A stretch of DNA of 64,000 bases from Acidimicrobiia bacterium (GCA_047459075.1 VSCH01000016.1:1017-65016), one strand, 5' to 3'. Counted from the stretch's first letter, positions 20,547 to 32,389 are shown. A program made the numbers and translations. Notes: generated by a model not told the origin, from the sequence alone.

Positions 20547-21301
20547 TCCTCGGCATCACCACGTCGACCATGCAGGTGGGCGCCGCCATCGGCGGCCACG
20601 AGGGCGTGCTGGCCTCCGTCCACTCCAGCCGGGGCAAGCGCCACGCCGAGACGCTGACCCCCGCCATCGACTTCCTGCGCCGCCAGGCCCGCGTCGACCT
20701 CGACGAGATCGGCTGCGTGGCCGTCGACGTCGGCCCCGGGCTGTTCACCGGGCTGCGGGTCGGCATCGCCTCGGCCAAGGCGATCGCCCACGCCCTGCGG
20801 GTGCCGATGGTCGGCGTCAGCAGCCTCGACCTCGTCGCCTTCCCGGTGCGCTGGACGCCCCGGCTCGTCGTGGCGGCCATCGACGCCCGCCGGGGAGAGC
20901 TGTTCACCGCGTCGTACCGCCAGGTGCCCGGCGGCCTCCAGCGCCTGGACGACTACCGGGTCGCCCGGCCCGACGACCTGGCCGGCGACCTCGAGGCCAC
21001 GGGCGAGGACGTGCTGCTCGTCGGCGACGGCGCGCTGCGCTACCAGGCCGCGTTCGAGGAGCTCAGCCGGGTCGAGCTCGCCGACCAGGGCCTGGCCTAC
21101 CCGTCGGCGGGCTCGCTGGTGCAGCTCGCCCACGCCCGGGCGCTGCGCGAGGACTTCGTGCAGCCGTGGGACCTCGAGCCGCTCTACCTGCGCCGCCCCG
21201 ACGCCGAGATCAACTGGACCACCCGCGACGGCCGGGTGCGCGACGGCGGCGTCGTGCCCGACGGGCTGCCGGGGGACGTCGCGGGCCCGACCGGGGGGTG
21301 A
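20540..21301 (+). CDS. tsaB: tRNA t6A37 biosynthesis protein TsaB
   Basis: GTG 20540 overlaps the tsaE stop by 7 nt. VLILGITTSTMQVGAAIG...VAVDVGPGLFTGLRVGIASAKAIAHAL. Confidence 0.8.
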   Translation: MLILGITTSTMQVGAAIGGHEGVLASVHSSRGKRHAETLTPAIDFLRRQARVDLDEIGCVAVDVGPGLFTGLRVGIASAKAIAHALRVPMVGVSSLDLVAFPVRWTPRLVVAAIDARRGELFTASYRQVPGGLQRLDDYRVARPDDLAGDLEATGEDVLLVGDGALRYQAAFEELSRVELADQGLAYPSAGSLVQLAHARALREDFVQPWDLEPLYLRRPDAEINWTTRDGRVRDGGVVPDGLPGDVAGPTGG

Positions 21302-21311
21302 CCGCACCGCC

Positions 21312-21881
21312 ATGGCCCGGCCGCTGCCCGACCCCGCCGGCGACCCCCGGGAGCTCGAGGTCCGCATCTCGCCGATGCGGCGCCGGCACCTGCGGGCCGT
21401 GCTCCGCATCGAGCACCAGGTCTACCCCCGCCCGTGGAGCTTCGGCGTCTTCCTGTCCGAGATCGGCCAGCGCACCAGCCGGCTCTACGTCGTGGCCCGG
21501 GTGGCGGGGGAGGTCGTCGGCTACGCCGGCATGATGCAGGCGGTCGACGACGCCCACATCACGACCGTCGCGGTCGACCCCGCCTGGCAGCGGCACCGGA
21601 TCGCCACCCGCATGCTGCTCGTGCTGGCGCGGGGCGCGATCGCCCGCGGCTGCGCCAACCTGACCCTCGAGGTGCGGATGAGCAACTCCGGTGCCCAGGC
21701 CCTCTACCAGCGGTTCGGCTTCGTGCCGGCCGGCGTGCGCCGCGGCTACTACCCCGAGACCCGGGAGGACGCCCTGGTGATGTGGGCCAACGACATCGGC
21801 ACACCCGAGTACGCGGCGCGCCTCGCCGACATCGAGCGCGAGGTCCCGGGCCGCACGATCGTCGACGGGGGGTGGCTGTGA
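21312..21881 (+). CDS. rimI: Ribosomal-protein-alanine N-acetyltransferase (GNAT)
   Basis: RRHLRAVLRIEHQVYPRPW..., acetyl-CoA motif WQRHRIATRML, LEVRMSNSGAQALYQRFGF. tsaB-rimI-tsaD order. Confidence 0.8.
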   Translation: MARPLPDPAGDPRELEVRISPMRRRHLRAVLRIEHQVYPRPWSFGVFLSEIGQRTSRLYVVARVAGEVVGYAGMMQAVDDAHITTVAVDPAWQRHRIATRMLLVLARGAIARGCANLTLEVRMSNSGAQALYQRFGFVPAGVRRGYYPETREDALVMWANDIGTPEYAARLADIEREVPGRTIVDGGWL

Positions 21882-21940
21882 CGCCCGGGCCCGTGGCCGC
21901 CGGTTCGCACCCGCCCCACCCGGCGCGGGAGGCTCGTGCG

Positions 21941-22957
21941 GTGGGCGACCGCATCCTCGCCATCGAGACGTCCTGCGACGAGACCGCCGCCGCGGTGGTC
22001 GAGCGGGCGACGCACGTCCGCTCGTCGGTGGTGGCCAGCCAGATCGACCGGCACGCCCGCTACGGCGGCGTCGTGCCGGAGATCGCCAGCCGGGCGCACG
22101 TCGAGATGCTCGTGCCCGTCGTCGCCGAGGCGCTGGTCGAGGCGGGCGTCGCCGACGACGAGATCGACGCCGTGGCCGCCACCGTCGGCCCCGGCCTGGT
22201 GGGCTCGCTGCTCGTCGGGGTGAGCGCGGCCAAGGCGCTGGCGCTCGTCTGGGACGTGCCGTTCGTGGCGGTCAACCACCTGGAGGGGCACCTGTACGCC
22301 GCCTTCCTCGAGGAGCCCGACCTCGAGCTGCCGGTCGTCGTGCTGCTCGTGTCGGGCGGGCACACGCTGCTCGTCCACATGGAGGACCACGGCCGCTACC
22401 GGCTGCTCGGCTCGACCATCGACGACGCCGCCGGCGAGGCCTTCGACAAGGTCGCCCGCTTCCTCGGGCTCGGCTACCCGGGCGGGCCGGTCATCGACCG
22501 GCTGGCGGCCGAGGGCGACCCGACGGCCATCGCCTTCCCCCGGGGGATGCTCGACCGCACCGGGGAGGACCGCTACGCGTTCAGCTTCAGCGGCCTGAAG
22601 ACCGCGGTCGTCAACCACGTGCGCCGCCACCCCGACGTGTCGACGGCGGACGTGGCCGCCAGCTTCCAGGACGCGGTCGTCGACGTGCTCGTCACCAAGG
22701 CCCGCCGGGCGGCGCGCGAGGTGGGCGCCAAGGGCCTCGTCCTCGGCGGGGGCGTGGCCGCCAACAGCGCGCTGCGGTCCCGCTGGGTGGAGGCGTGCGA
22801 GGAGGACGGCATCCGGCCCTTCGTGCCGAGCCGGGCGATGTGCACCGACAACGCCGCGATGATCGCGGCGGCGGCCTGGTGGCGGCTGCGGTCGGACGGC
22901 CCCTCGCCCCTCGACACCGGGGCGACGCCCAACCTCCGCCTGCCGCTGGCCGGGTGA
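21941..22957 (+). CDS. tsaD: tRNA N6-adenosine threonylcarbamoyltransferase TsaD
   Basis: In frame with ORF 21434..22957. GTG 21941 gives VGDRILAIETSCDETAAAVV. NHLEGHL, GGVAANSALR. Alternative start GTG 21878 overlaps the rimI stop. Confidence 0.9.
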   Translation: MGDRILAIETSCDETAAAVVERATHVRSSVVASQIDRHARYGGVVPEIASRAHVEMLVPVVAEALVEAGVADDEIDAVAATVGPGLVGSLLVGVSAAKALALVWDVPFVAVNHLEGHLYAAFLEEPDLELPVVVLLVSGGHTLLVHMEDHGRYRLLGSTIDDAAGEAFDKVARFLGLGYPGGPVIDRLAAEGDPTAIAFPRGMLDRTGEDRYAFSFSGLKTAVVNHVRRHPDVSTADVAASFQDAVVDVLVTKARRAAREVGAKGLVLGGGVAANSALRSRWVEACEEDGIRPFVPSRAMCTDNAAMIAAAAWWRLRSDGPSPLDTGATPNLRLPLAG

Positions 22958-23028
22958 GGGGGCACCGCACGGCAGGTAGGGTCGCCGAGTCGAGTCGCAG
23001 CCGATCGAGCGGGGGAGGCGCAGGAGGC

Positions 23029-24663
23029 GTGCGCACGAGCGAGCCGGCGGGAGCGGGTGGGCCGTTGATCGACCGGCGCAGCTTCCTCGTGGGTCTCGCG
23101 GCCACGGCGCTGGCGGCCGGGTGCAGCAGCTCGCCGGAGGAGGAGGAGACGGGCACCTCGCTGGAGGCCGAGGGGGACGTGCCGCCGGACACGGCGGCCG
23201 AGCTCCCGCCGGTCCCGCCCGACCTGCCCGAGGAGGTGTTCGCCCTCGGGGTGGCGTCCGGCGACCCGCTGCCCGACTCGGTCGTCCTCTGGACCCGGAT
23301 CGTCAGCGACCCCCTGGCCGACGACGGGGGCGTCCCGGCCCAGCCGCTGCCGGTCGGCTGGGAGGTGGCCCGCGACCGGGCCTTCGACGACGTCGTCGCC
23401 TCGGGCGACGCCGTGGCCGAGCCGGCGCTCGCCCACTCGGTGCACGTCGACGCCTCGGGCCTCGAGCCCGACACCTGGTACTGGTACCGCTTCACCGTGG
23501 GCGACCGGACCAGCCCGGTCGGCCGGACCCGCACGGCCCCGGCGTCGGGCGCCGAGGTCGAGCGGCTGCGGTTCGCCTTCGCCTCCTGCCAGGACTACGA
23601 GGCCGGCCACTACACGGCGCACGAGCACCTGTCCCGGGAGGACGTCGACCTCGTGCTCTTCCTCGGCGACTACATCTACGAGCACCCGCCGGGGCGGGGC
23701 GGGGTGCGACGGCACCGGTCGGCCGCGCCGGTCGACCTCGCCGGCTACCGGCGGCGCTACGGCGAGGTCAAGGCCGACCCCGCGCTGCAGGCGGCGCACG
23801 CCCACGCGCCGTGGCTGTGCACCTGGGACGACCACGAGGTCGAGGGCAACTACGCCGGCGGCCACCCCGGCGACCCCGACGGCGACGAGGAGGCGTTCCG
23901 GGCCCGCCGGGAGGCCGCCTACCAGGCCTGGTACGAGCACATGCCGGTGCGGGCCGCGCCGCCCGACGACGGCGGCATCACCGTGCACCGGTCGCTCGAC
24001 TGGGGCGACCTGGCCCGGTTGTACCTGCTCGACGGCCGCCAGCACCGCAGCGACCAGCCCTGCGACGCCCCCGGCGACGTCGGCCCGGCCTGCGCCGAGC
24101 GGGGCGACCCGGACCGCACGATGCTCGGCGCCGAGCAGGAGGCGTGGCTGGAGGACCAGCTGGCCGGCAGCCGGGCGCGCTGGAACGTCGTCGGCCAGCA
24201 GACCGTCCTCACCGCCAACCCGCTCGCCGCCCCGGGGACGCCGTACAACCTCGACCAGTGGGACGGCTACCCGGCGGCCCGCCGCCGGCTCGTCGACCGG
24301 CTGCGGGAGGTCGACAACCCGGTCGTGCTCTCCGGCGACGTCCACGCCAGCTGCGTGTGCGTCGTCACCGCCGACCCGCAGGACCCGACCTCGCCGCCGG
24401 CGGTCCCCGAGCTCGTCGGCACCTCGATCACCTCGGAGTTCCCGGCGCGCTGGGCGCCGCTCGTCCGGGCCGCGGCGGAGGCCCTGCCCACGATCCGCTA
24501 CCTCGAGGTCGAGCGGCGGGGCTACGTCGTGTGCGAGCTGACGCCCGAGGAGCTGACCGCGTCGTTCCGGTACGTCTCGACGACGGCCGCCCCGGAGGCC
24601 ACCATCGAGACCGGCGCGCGCTGGGTGGTGCGCGCCGGCGACCCGGAGCCGCAGCCCGCCTGA
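23029..24663 (+). CDS. phoD: PhoD-family alkaline phosphatase, Tat signal plus lipobox (lipoprotein)
   Basis: In frame with ORF 22795..24663. GTG 23029 gives VRTSEPAGAGGPLIDRRSFLVGLAATALAAGCSSS (RR motif plus LAAGC lipobox). [43 protein letters not shown]. Confidence 0.85.
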   Translation: MRTSEPAGAGGPLIDRRSFLVGLAATALAAGCSSSPEEEETGTSLEAEGDVPPDTAAELPPVPPDLPEEVFALGVASGDPLPDSVVLWTRIVSDPLADDGGVPAQPLPVGWEVARDRAFDDVVASGDAVAEPALAHSVHVDASGLEPDTWYWYRFTVGDRTSPVGRTRTAPASGAEVERLRFAFASCQDYEAGHYTAHEHLSREDVDLVLFLGDYIYEHPPGRGGVRRHRSAAPVDLAGYRRRYGEVKADPALQAAHAHAPWLCTWDDHEVEGNYAGGHPGDPDGDEEAFRARREAAYQAWYEHMPVRAAPPDDGGITVHRSLDWGDLARLYLLDGRQHRSDQPCDAPGDVGPACAERGDPDRTMLGAEQEAWLEDQLAGSRARWNVVGQQTVLTANPLAAPGTPYNLDQWDGYPAARRRLVDRLREVDNPVVLSGDVHASCVCVVTADPQDPTSPPAVPELVGTSITSEFPARWAPLVRAAAEALPTIRYLEVERRGYVVCELTPEELTASFRYVSTTAAPEATIETGARWVVRAGDPEPQPA

Positions 24664-24688
24664 CCGGGGCGCTGACCTGGCCCGATGT

Positions 24689-24715
24689 CTGGCACTCGGG
24701 GGTTGCGACTGCTAA
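24689..24715 (+). promoter_or_regulatory. CIRCE-like HrcA operator, distal copy
   Basis: CTGGCACTC-N9-GACTGCTAA, against the consensus TTAGCACTC-N9-GAGTGCTAA. Confidence 0.7.
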
Positions 24716-24731
24716 GGGGCAGTGCGTAGGG

Positions 24732-24758
24732 TTAGCACTCGAACAGGGTGACTGCTAA
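24732..24758 (+). promoter_or_regulatory. CIRCE HrcA operator, proximal copy
   Basis: TTAGCACTC-N9-GACTGCTAA, one mismatch to the consensus. Lies 62 nt upstream of the groES ATG. Confidence 0.85.
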
Positions 24759-24819
24759 CCCGCTCGGGTCAGTCCACACAGGGTCAGTCAACACCAGCGC
24801 CAACGGAGGCGACGCACAG

Positions 24820-26752
<1,933 letters not shown>

Positions 26753-26806
26753 CCACCTGGTGCCCGTGCGCCCCGCGCCGCGGGGCCGCACACCACGACC
26801 ATCGCC

Positions 26807-26842
26807 GGCAGGGCCCGCCGCCGTCGGGTGGCGGGCCCTGCC
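26807..26842 (+). terminator. Strong GC hairpin after groEL (putative intrinsic terminator, no clear U-tract)
   Basis: GGCAGGGCCCGCC (26807-26819) pairs perfectly with GGCGGGCCCTGCC (26830-26842): a 13-bp stem with a 10-nt loop. Confidence 0.6.
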
Positions 26843-26880
26843 GCGCCCGGGGACGGGGTGGTGGCACCCGCGGATCGGTC

Positions 26881-26886
26881 TACGGT
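26881..26886 (+). promoter_or_regulatory. Candidate -10 hexamer 8 nt upstream of ATG 26895 (near-leaderless)
   Basis: TACGGT, then ggcgcccg, then ATG. No SD. Confidence 0.25.
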
Positions 26887-26894
26887 GGCGCCCG

Positions 26895-27926
26895 ATGTCC
26901 GTGCAGGAGCGGGTGGGGCCGGTGGCGGCCGGCCCGGACGTCGGCGGGCCGGAGCCAGGCGCGCCCGGGCGGCCGTGGGCCGGGTCGCGGGTGCGCCGGT
27001 CGGTCGCGTGGTCGCTGGTGGTGCCGGCGGCGCTGTGGCTGGCCGTGCGCGCCACCGGCGTCGGGGCGGGCACGCCGGTGGAGACCGTCGTGGTGTTCAC
27101 GCCGTACGTCGGCCTGGCCAGCCTCGCCGTCGTCGTCGCGGCGGCGCTGCTGCGGGTCCGGGGCGCCCTGGCGGCCGCCGTCGGCTGCTGCGCCGGCTAC
27201 GCCGCCGTGCTCGCGCCGCAGGCCGTGCCGGGGCCCGACCCGTCGCCCGCCCCCGACGGGCCCGAGCTGCGGGTCATGACCGCCAACGTCCAGTACGGCT
27301 GGGCCGACCCCGAGGAGGTCGTCCGGCTGGTGCGCGAGCGCCGGGTCGACCTCCTCGGCGTGCAGGAGCTGACGCCCGAGTTCCACCGGGCGCTGCTCGA
27401 CGCGGGCGTCGCCGACCTGCTGCCGCACATGGTCATCGACGCCCGGCCCGGCCCGGACGGCACCGGGCTCTACAGCCGCCACCCCGTCGAGGCCGTCGAC
27501 GTGGAGGTGGAGGGGCGCTCCGCCCACCCCACCGGCCTCGTCGACGTGCCCGGCGCGCCGCCCGTGCAGGTGACCGTCGTGCACCCGGTCCCGCCGGTGG
27601 GCCGCGACCTGGGGTCGTGGCGGCGCACGCTGCAGACCCTGCCCCGGCCGGCGGACGACGGGCGGGTGCACCTGCTCGTCGGCGACTTCAACGCCACCGT
27701 CGACCAGCCGACCATGCGGGACCTGCTGGCGGACGGCTACGTGGACGCGGCCGCGGCCCGCGGCCGGGGTTGGGTGCCGACCTGGTCACGGGGCCTCGGC
27801 CCGGGGCTCGCGATCGACCACGTGCTCGTCGACCGGGCCACGGCGGTGGCGGGCGTCTCCGTGCACGGCCTGCCGGGCAGCGACCACCGGGCCGTCGTCG
27901 CCGAGCTGCGCCTGCCGGCCGGCTGA
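26895..27926 (+). CDS. Endonuclease/exonuclease/phosphatase (EEP) family protein with N-terminal TM segments
   Basis: ORF 26760..27926 trimmed to ATG 26895. About 3 hydrophobic helices, then LRVMTANVQYG, LLGVQELT, LLVGDFNAT, GSDHRAVVAEL (EEP catalytic motifs). Confidence 0.7.
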   Translation: MSVQERVGPVAAGPDVGGPEPGAPGRPWAGSRVRRSVAWSLVVPAALWLAVRATGVGAGTPVETVVVFTPYVGLASLAVVVAAALLRVRGALAAAVGCCAGYAAVLAPQAVPGPDPSPAPDGPELRVMTANVQYGWADPEEVVRLVRERRVDLLGVQELTPEFHRALLDAGVADLLPHMVIDARPGPDGTGLYSRHPVEAVDVEVEGRSAHPTGLVDVPGAPPVQVTVVHPVPPVGRDLGSWRRTLQTLPRPADDGRVHLLVGDFNATVDQPTMRDLLADGYVDAAAARGRGWVPTWSRGLGPGLAIDHVLVDRATAVAGVSVHGLPGSDHRAVVAELRLPAG

Positions 27927-28041
27927 GCGTCGCCGGCCGCCGTCCGTCCGGCGCGCCGCGCGTGCCCGCGCCGGCACGGATCAACCAGCGGCGGAGCGGG
28001 TAGGGACACGGCCGCAGGTGCGTGCACGAGGAGGGGGCGCC

Positions 28042-29364
28042 GTGCGAGAGGCTGCCAGACCGGGCGGGCGGCGGAGGCCGGACCGCCCGCGGCTGCTCCC
28101 CGCCGCGCTCGCCCTGGCGCTCGGGGCCGGTCTCGTGGCCTGCGGCGGGGCCGAGGGCAGCACACCCACGCTGACCTGGTACACGAACCCCGACAACGGC
28201 GGCCAGGCCGCCCTGGCGGAGAAGTGCACCGAGGAGGCGGACGGCCGCTACCGCATCGAGGTCTCGCAGCTGCCGGCCGACGCCGACAGCCAGCGCGAGC
28301 AGCTGGTGCGCCGGCTCGCGGCCAACGACAGCTCGATCGACATCATGAGCCTCGACGTCGTGTTCGTGCCCGAGTTCGCCGAGGCGGGCTTCCTGCGGCC
28401 GTTCACCGACGAGGAGGCCCGTCCCCTGGTCGAGGACGTCCTCGACGGCCCGCTGGAGACCACCGAGTGGGAGGGCGAGGTCGTCGCCGCGCCCTTCTGG
28501 GCCAACACCCAGCTGCTCTGGTACCGGCGGTCGGTCGCCGAGGAGGCCGGCATCGACCCGGCCGCCGAGGACGTGACCTGGGACGACGTCATCGACGCCG
28601 CGGTGGCCACCGGCACGACGGTCGAGGTCACCGGCGCCCGCTACGAGGGCTACATGGTGTGGATCACCACGCTCGTGGCCTCGGCCGGCGGCGAGGTCCT
28701 CGAGGACGCCGACGCCGGCCGCGACGCGCAGCCGAACCTCGACTCGCCCGCCGGGCGGCGGGCGGCGGAGATCATCCGCCGGGTGGCCCGCGAGGCCGCC
28801 AACCCCGAGCTGTCCACCGCCATCGAGGAGAACGCCCGAGCCGGGTTCCAGTCCGACCGCGGCGGCTTCATGGTCAACTGGCCCTACGTCTACCAGGCCG
28901 CGCAGTCGGCCGTGGACGAGGGTTCGCTCGACCAGGCGGTCCTCGACGACATCGCCTGGGCCCGGGTGCCCCGTGTCGACCCCGACCGCGAGAGCGCCCC
29001 GCCGCTCGGTGGGATCGACCTCGGCATCGGCGCCTTCTCCGACCACCCGGACCTGGCCGTGGACGCCGTCGCCTGCATCACCGACCTCGAGAGCCAGGTG
29101 GAGTACATGCTGGCCGAGGGCAACCCCGGCGCCCGGGCGGCCGTCTACGACGACCCCGAGGTCCGCGAGGCCTTCCCCATGGCCGACCTGATCCGCGACT
29201 CGATCGACACCGCCGTGCCCCGGCCCCGCAGCTCGTACTACCCCGACATCAGCGCCGCGACCGTCCGCGAGTTCCACCCGCCGCGCAGCGTCGACCCGGA
29301 GTCGACCCCGGCCGACGCCGACCGGCTCATCGTCGACGTCCTGCAGGACCGGGAGCTCCTGTGA
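28042..29364 (+). CDS. Sugar ABC transporter substrate-binding lipoprotein (LpqY-like)
   Basis: GTG 28042 behind GAGGAGG (28028-28034). Signal plus lipobox LALALGAGLVACGG. Family-1 solute-binding features (DIMSLDVVFVPEFAEAGF, TNTQLLWYRR, VNWPYVY). Followed by two permeases and one ATPase. Confidence 0.75.
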   Translation: MREAARPGGRRRPDRPRLLPAALALALGAGLVACGGAEGSTPTLTWYTNPDNGGQAALAEKCTEEADGRYRIEVSQLPADADSQREQLVRRLAANDSSIDIMSLDVVFVPEFAEAGFLRPFTDEEARPLVEDVLDGPLETTEWEGEVVAAPFWANTQLLWYRRSVAEEAGIDPAAEDVTWDDVIDAAVATGTTVEVTGARYEGYMVWITTLVASAGGEVLEDADAGRDAQPNLDSPAGRRAAEIIRRVAREAANPELSTAIEENARAGFQSDRGGFMVNWPYVYQAAQSAVDEGSLDQAVLDDIAWARVPRVDPDRESAPPLGGIDLGIGAFSDHPDLAVDAVACITDLESQVEYMLAEGNPGARAAVYDDPEVREAFPMADLIRDSIDTAVPRPRSSYYPDISAATVREFHPPRSVDPESTPADADRLIVDVLQDRELL

Positions 29365-29372
29365 GGTGACCC

Positions 29373-30308
29373 ATGGCCGCCACCACGACCGCAGGGACCG
29401 CCGTCGCCGACCGCCGGGTCGGGCGCGCCCGGCTCAGCGACCGGGCCCGCGGCGAGCAGCGCCTCGGCTGGATGCTGGTGGCGCCGGCCGTGGCCGTCAT
29501 GCTGCTCGTCACCGCCTACCCGCTCGGCCGGGCGGTGTGGTTGTCGCTCTACAGCTACCGGCTGACCGACCCCGAGGGCCGGGAGTTCGTGGGCCTGCGC
29601 AACTACGGCGTCGTGCTCACCGACGGGCTGTGGTGGCAGACCGTGTTCACGACGGTGGTCATCACGGTCGTCACGGTGGCCATCGAGCTGGTCATCGGCT
29701 TCGCCTTCGCCATGGTGATGCACCGGATCGTCGTCGGGCGGGGGCTGGTGCGGACCTCGATCCTCATCCCCTACGGGATCATCACGGTCGTCGCCGCCTA
29801 CGCCTGGCAGTACGCCTTCGCGCTCGACTCCGGCTTCGTCAACGAGTGGTTCGGCCTCGACCGGTCGTGGTTCGCCGGCCGGTGGTCGGCGCTCTTCGTC
29901 ATCATCATGGCCGAGGTCTGGAAGACCACGCCGTTCATCTCGCTGCTCCTGCTGGCCGGCCTGGCCCAGGTGCCCGAGGACCTGCAGGAGGCGGCCAAGG
30001 TCGACGGGGCGACCAACTGGCAGCGCTTCACCCGGGTCACCGTGCCGAACATGAAGGCGGCGATCATGGTGGCGCTGCTCTTCCGGACGCTCGACGCCTA
30101 CCGGATCTTCGACACGATCTTCATCATGACGGGCGGCGCCGAGAAGACCGAGAGCGTCTCGTTCCTCACCTACCGCCAGACGATCACCCGCACCGCCCTC
30201 GGCCTCGGCTCGGCCCTGTCGGTCCTGCTGTTCCTGTCCGTCGTCCTGATCGCCTTCATCTACCTGAAGGGGTTCCGGACCGACCTGTCCCGGGTGCGGG
30301 GGGAGTGA
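29373..30308 (+). CDS. Sugar ABC transporter permease (SugA/MalF-type)
   Basis: 6 TM segments. EAA-type loop [24 protein letters not shown]. Confidence 0.8.
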   Translation: MAATTTAGTAVADRRVGRARLSDRARGEQRLGWMLVAPAVAVMLLVTAYPLGRAVWLSLYSYRLTDPEGREFVGLRNYGVVLTDGLWWQTVFTTVVITVVTVAIELVIGFAFAMVMHRIVVGRGLVRTSILIPYGIITVVAAYAWQYAFALDSGFVNEWFGLDRSWFAGRWSALFVIIMAEVWKTTPFISLLLLAGLAQVPEDLQEAAKVDGATNWQRFTRVTVPNMKAAIMVALLFRTLDAYRIFDTIFIMTGGAEKTESVSFLTYRQTITRTALGLGSALSVLLFLSVVLIAFIYLKGFRTDLSRVRGE

Positions 30309-30318
30309 GGAGGTCGCC

Positions 30319-31146
30319 GTGAGGTCGCGCCGCACCACCGTCCTGTGGGCCCTCGGCGGGCTGGCCATCGTCGCCTACACGATCCTGCCGGTGCTGTGGA
30401 TCGTCTCGCTCTCGTTCAAGGAGGGCGACGACATCAACAACCGGAAGTTCTTCCCGAGCGAGTGGTCGCTCGACAACTACCGGACCGTCTTCGACACGTC
30501 GCTGTTCACGAGCGCGCTGCGCAACTCGGTCGGGATCTCGCTCATCGCCACCGTCGCCTCGGTGGTGCTGGCCACCCTCGCCGCCTACGCGATCGCCCGG
30601 CTGGAGTTCAAGGGCAAGCGGTGGGTGCTGTCGACCGCCCTGGCCATCGCCATGTTCCCCACGGTGGCGCTGGTCGGCCCGCTGTTCGACATGTGGCGCT
30701 CGCTCGGCATCTACGACACCTGGCTGGGCCTGATCATCCCCTACATGTCGTTCACGCTGCCGCTCGCCATCTGGACCCTCTCCGCGTTCTTCCGGGAGAT
30801 CCCGTGGGAGATGGAGCAGGCGGCCCAGGTCGACGGGGCGACGCCGTGGCAGGCCTTCCGCAAGGTCATCGTCCCCCTCGCCGCGCCGGGCGTGGCCACG
30901 GCGTCGATCCTCGTGTTCTTCTTCGCCTGGAACGACTTCGTCTTCGGCATCTCGCTGACCGCCACCGACCGGGCCCGGCCCGTGCCGGCGGCGCTCGCCT
31001 TCTTCACCGGCGAGTCGTTCTTCGAGCAGCCGACCGCCGCCATCTCGGCCGCGGCGGTGATCGTCACCATCCCCGTCATCGTCCTGGTGCTGATCTTCCA
31101 GCGCCGGATCGTCGCCGGCCTCACGTCCGGCGCCGTCAAGGGCTAG
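30319..31146 (+). CDS. Sugar ABC transporter permease (SugB/MalG-type)
   Basis: GTG start behind GAGGAGG. EAA loop [27 protein letters not shown]. Confidence 0.8.
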   Translation: MRSRRTTVLWALGGLAIVAYTILPVLWIVSLSFKEGDDINNRKFFPSEWSLDNYRTVFDTSLFTSALRNSVGISLIATVASVVLATLAAYAIARLEFKGKRWVLSTALAIAMFPTVALVGPLFDMWRSLGIYDTWLGLIIPYMSFTLPLAIWTLSAFFREIPWEMEQAAQVDGATPWQAFRKVIVPLAAPGVATASILVFFFAWNDFVFGISLTATDRARPVPAALAFFTGESFFEQPTAAISAAAVIVTIPVIVLVLIFQRRIVAGLTSGAVKG

Positions 31147-31174
31147 GCCACCCGGCCGGAGAGGAGCGCCGTCC

Positions 31175-32371
31175 ATGGCCAGCATCCGTCTCGAGAGGAT
31201 CACCAAGCGCTTCCCGGGGGCCGACGCCCCGGCGGTGGACAGCGTCGACCTCGACATCGCCGACGGCGAGTTCGTCATCCTCGTCGGCCCGTCGGGCTGC
31301 GGGAAGTCGACGATCCTGCGCATGATCGCCGGCCTCGAGGACATCACCGAGGGCGACCTCTACATCGGCGACCGCCGGGTCAACGACCTGGCGCCCCGCG
31401 ACCGCAACCTGGCCATGGTCTTCCAGAACTACGCCCTCTACCCGCACCTGTCGGTGTACGAGAACATCGCCTTCCCGCTGCGGCTGCACAAGGCGCCCGA
31501 CGAGGAGGTCGAGGAGCGGGTGCGCCGCTCGGCGCAGATGCTCGAGCTGGAGGAGCTGCTCGACCGCAAGCCGTCGCAGCTCTCCGGCGGCCAGCGCCAG
31601 CGGGTGGCGATGGGGCGGGCCCTGGTGCGGGACGCCGACGCCTACCTGTTCGACGAGCCGCTGTCGAACCTCGACGCCAAGCTGCGGGGCCAGATGCGCA
31701 CCGAGATCTCGCGCATCCAGAGCCAGCTCGGGATCACGACCGTCTACGTCACCCACGACCAGATCGAGGCCATGACCCTCGGCGACCGGGTGGCGGTGCT
31801 GCGCAAGGGGGTCCTGCAGCAGGTCGCCCCGCCCCGCGAGCTCTACGAGCAGCCGGTCAACCTGTTCGTCGCCGGGTTCATCGGCTCGCCGCCGATGAAC
31901 TTCATGCCGGCCACCGTCTCGGGCACCACCCTGGAGCTGCCGGTCGGCCGCATGGAGATCAGCCCGGACATGGCCAACCGGGTGGCGGGCCACGAGGTGC
32001 TCATCGCCGGCATCCGGCCCGAGCACTTCGAGGACGCCAACCTGCTCGACGAGGACCGCCGGCGGCGCGGCCTGGTGTTCAGCGAGCGCATCGACGTCAT
32101 CGAGTGGCTGGGGAGCGAGCAGTACGCCTACATCCCCTTCGAGGCGCCCGAGCAGGTCCGCCGCCCGCTGGAGGAGCTGGCGACCGAGCTGGACAGCGAG
32201 CAGATCCGCACCCAGCTGGTGGTGACGCTCGACGCCGAGAGCCGGGTGGCCGAGGGCGAGCCCGCGGACCTCTGGCTCGACCCCAGCCGCATGCACCTGT
32301 TCGACCCCGAGTCCGGCGAGAACCTGACCCACGGCAGCGGGGTCGACGCCCGGACGCTGGCCTCCGCCTGA
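31175..32371 (+). CDS. Sugar ABC transporter ATP-binding protein (MalK/SugC/UgpC-type)
   Basis: Walker A GPSGCGKST, Q-loop, signature LSGGQRQRVAMGRAL, Walker B YLFDEPLSNLD, C-terminal regulatory domain. Confidence 0.85.
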   Translation: MASIRLERITKRFPGADAPAVDSVDLDIADGEFVILVGPSGCGKSTILRMIAGLEDITEGDLYIGDRRVNDLAPRDRNLAMVFQNYALYPHLSVYENIAFPLRLHKAPDEEVEERVRRSAQMLELEELLDRKPSQLSGGQRQRVAMGRALVRDADAYLFDEPLSNLDAKLRGQMRTEISRIQSQLGITTVYVTHDQIEAMTLGDRVAVLRKGVLQQVAPPRELYEQPVNLFVAGFIGSPPMNFMPATVSGTTLELPVGRMEISPDMANRVAGHEVLIAGIRPEHFEDANLLDEDRRRRGLVFSERIDVIEWLGSEQYAYIPFEAPEQVRRPLEELATELDSEQIRTQLVVTLDAESRVAEGEPADLWLDPSRMHLFDPESGENLTHGSGVDARTLASA

Positions 32372-32389
32372 CCTCCCCCCGGGCCGTCG

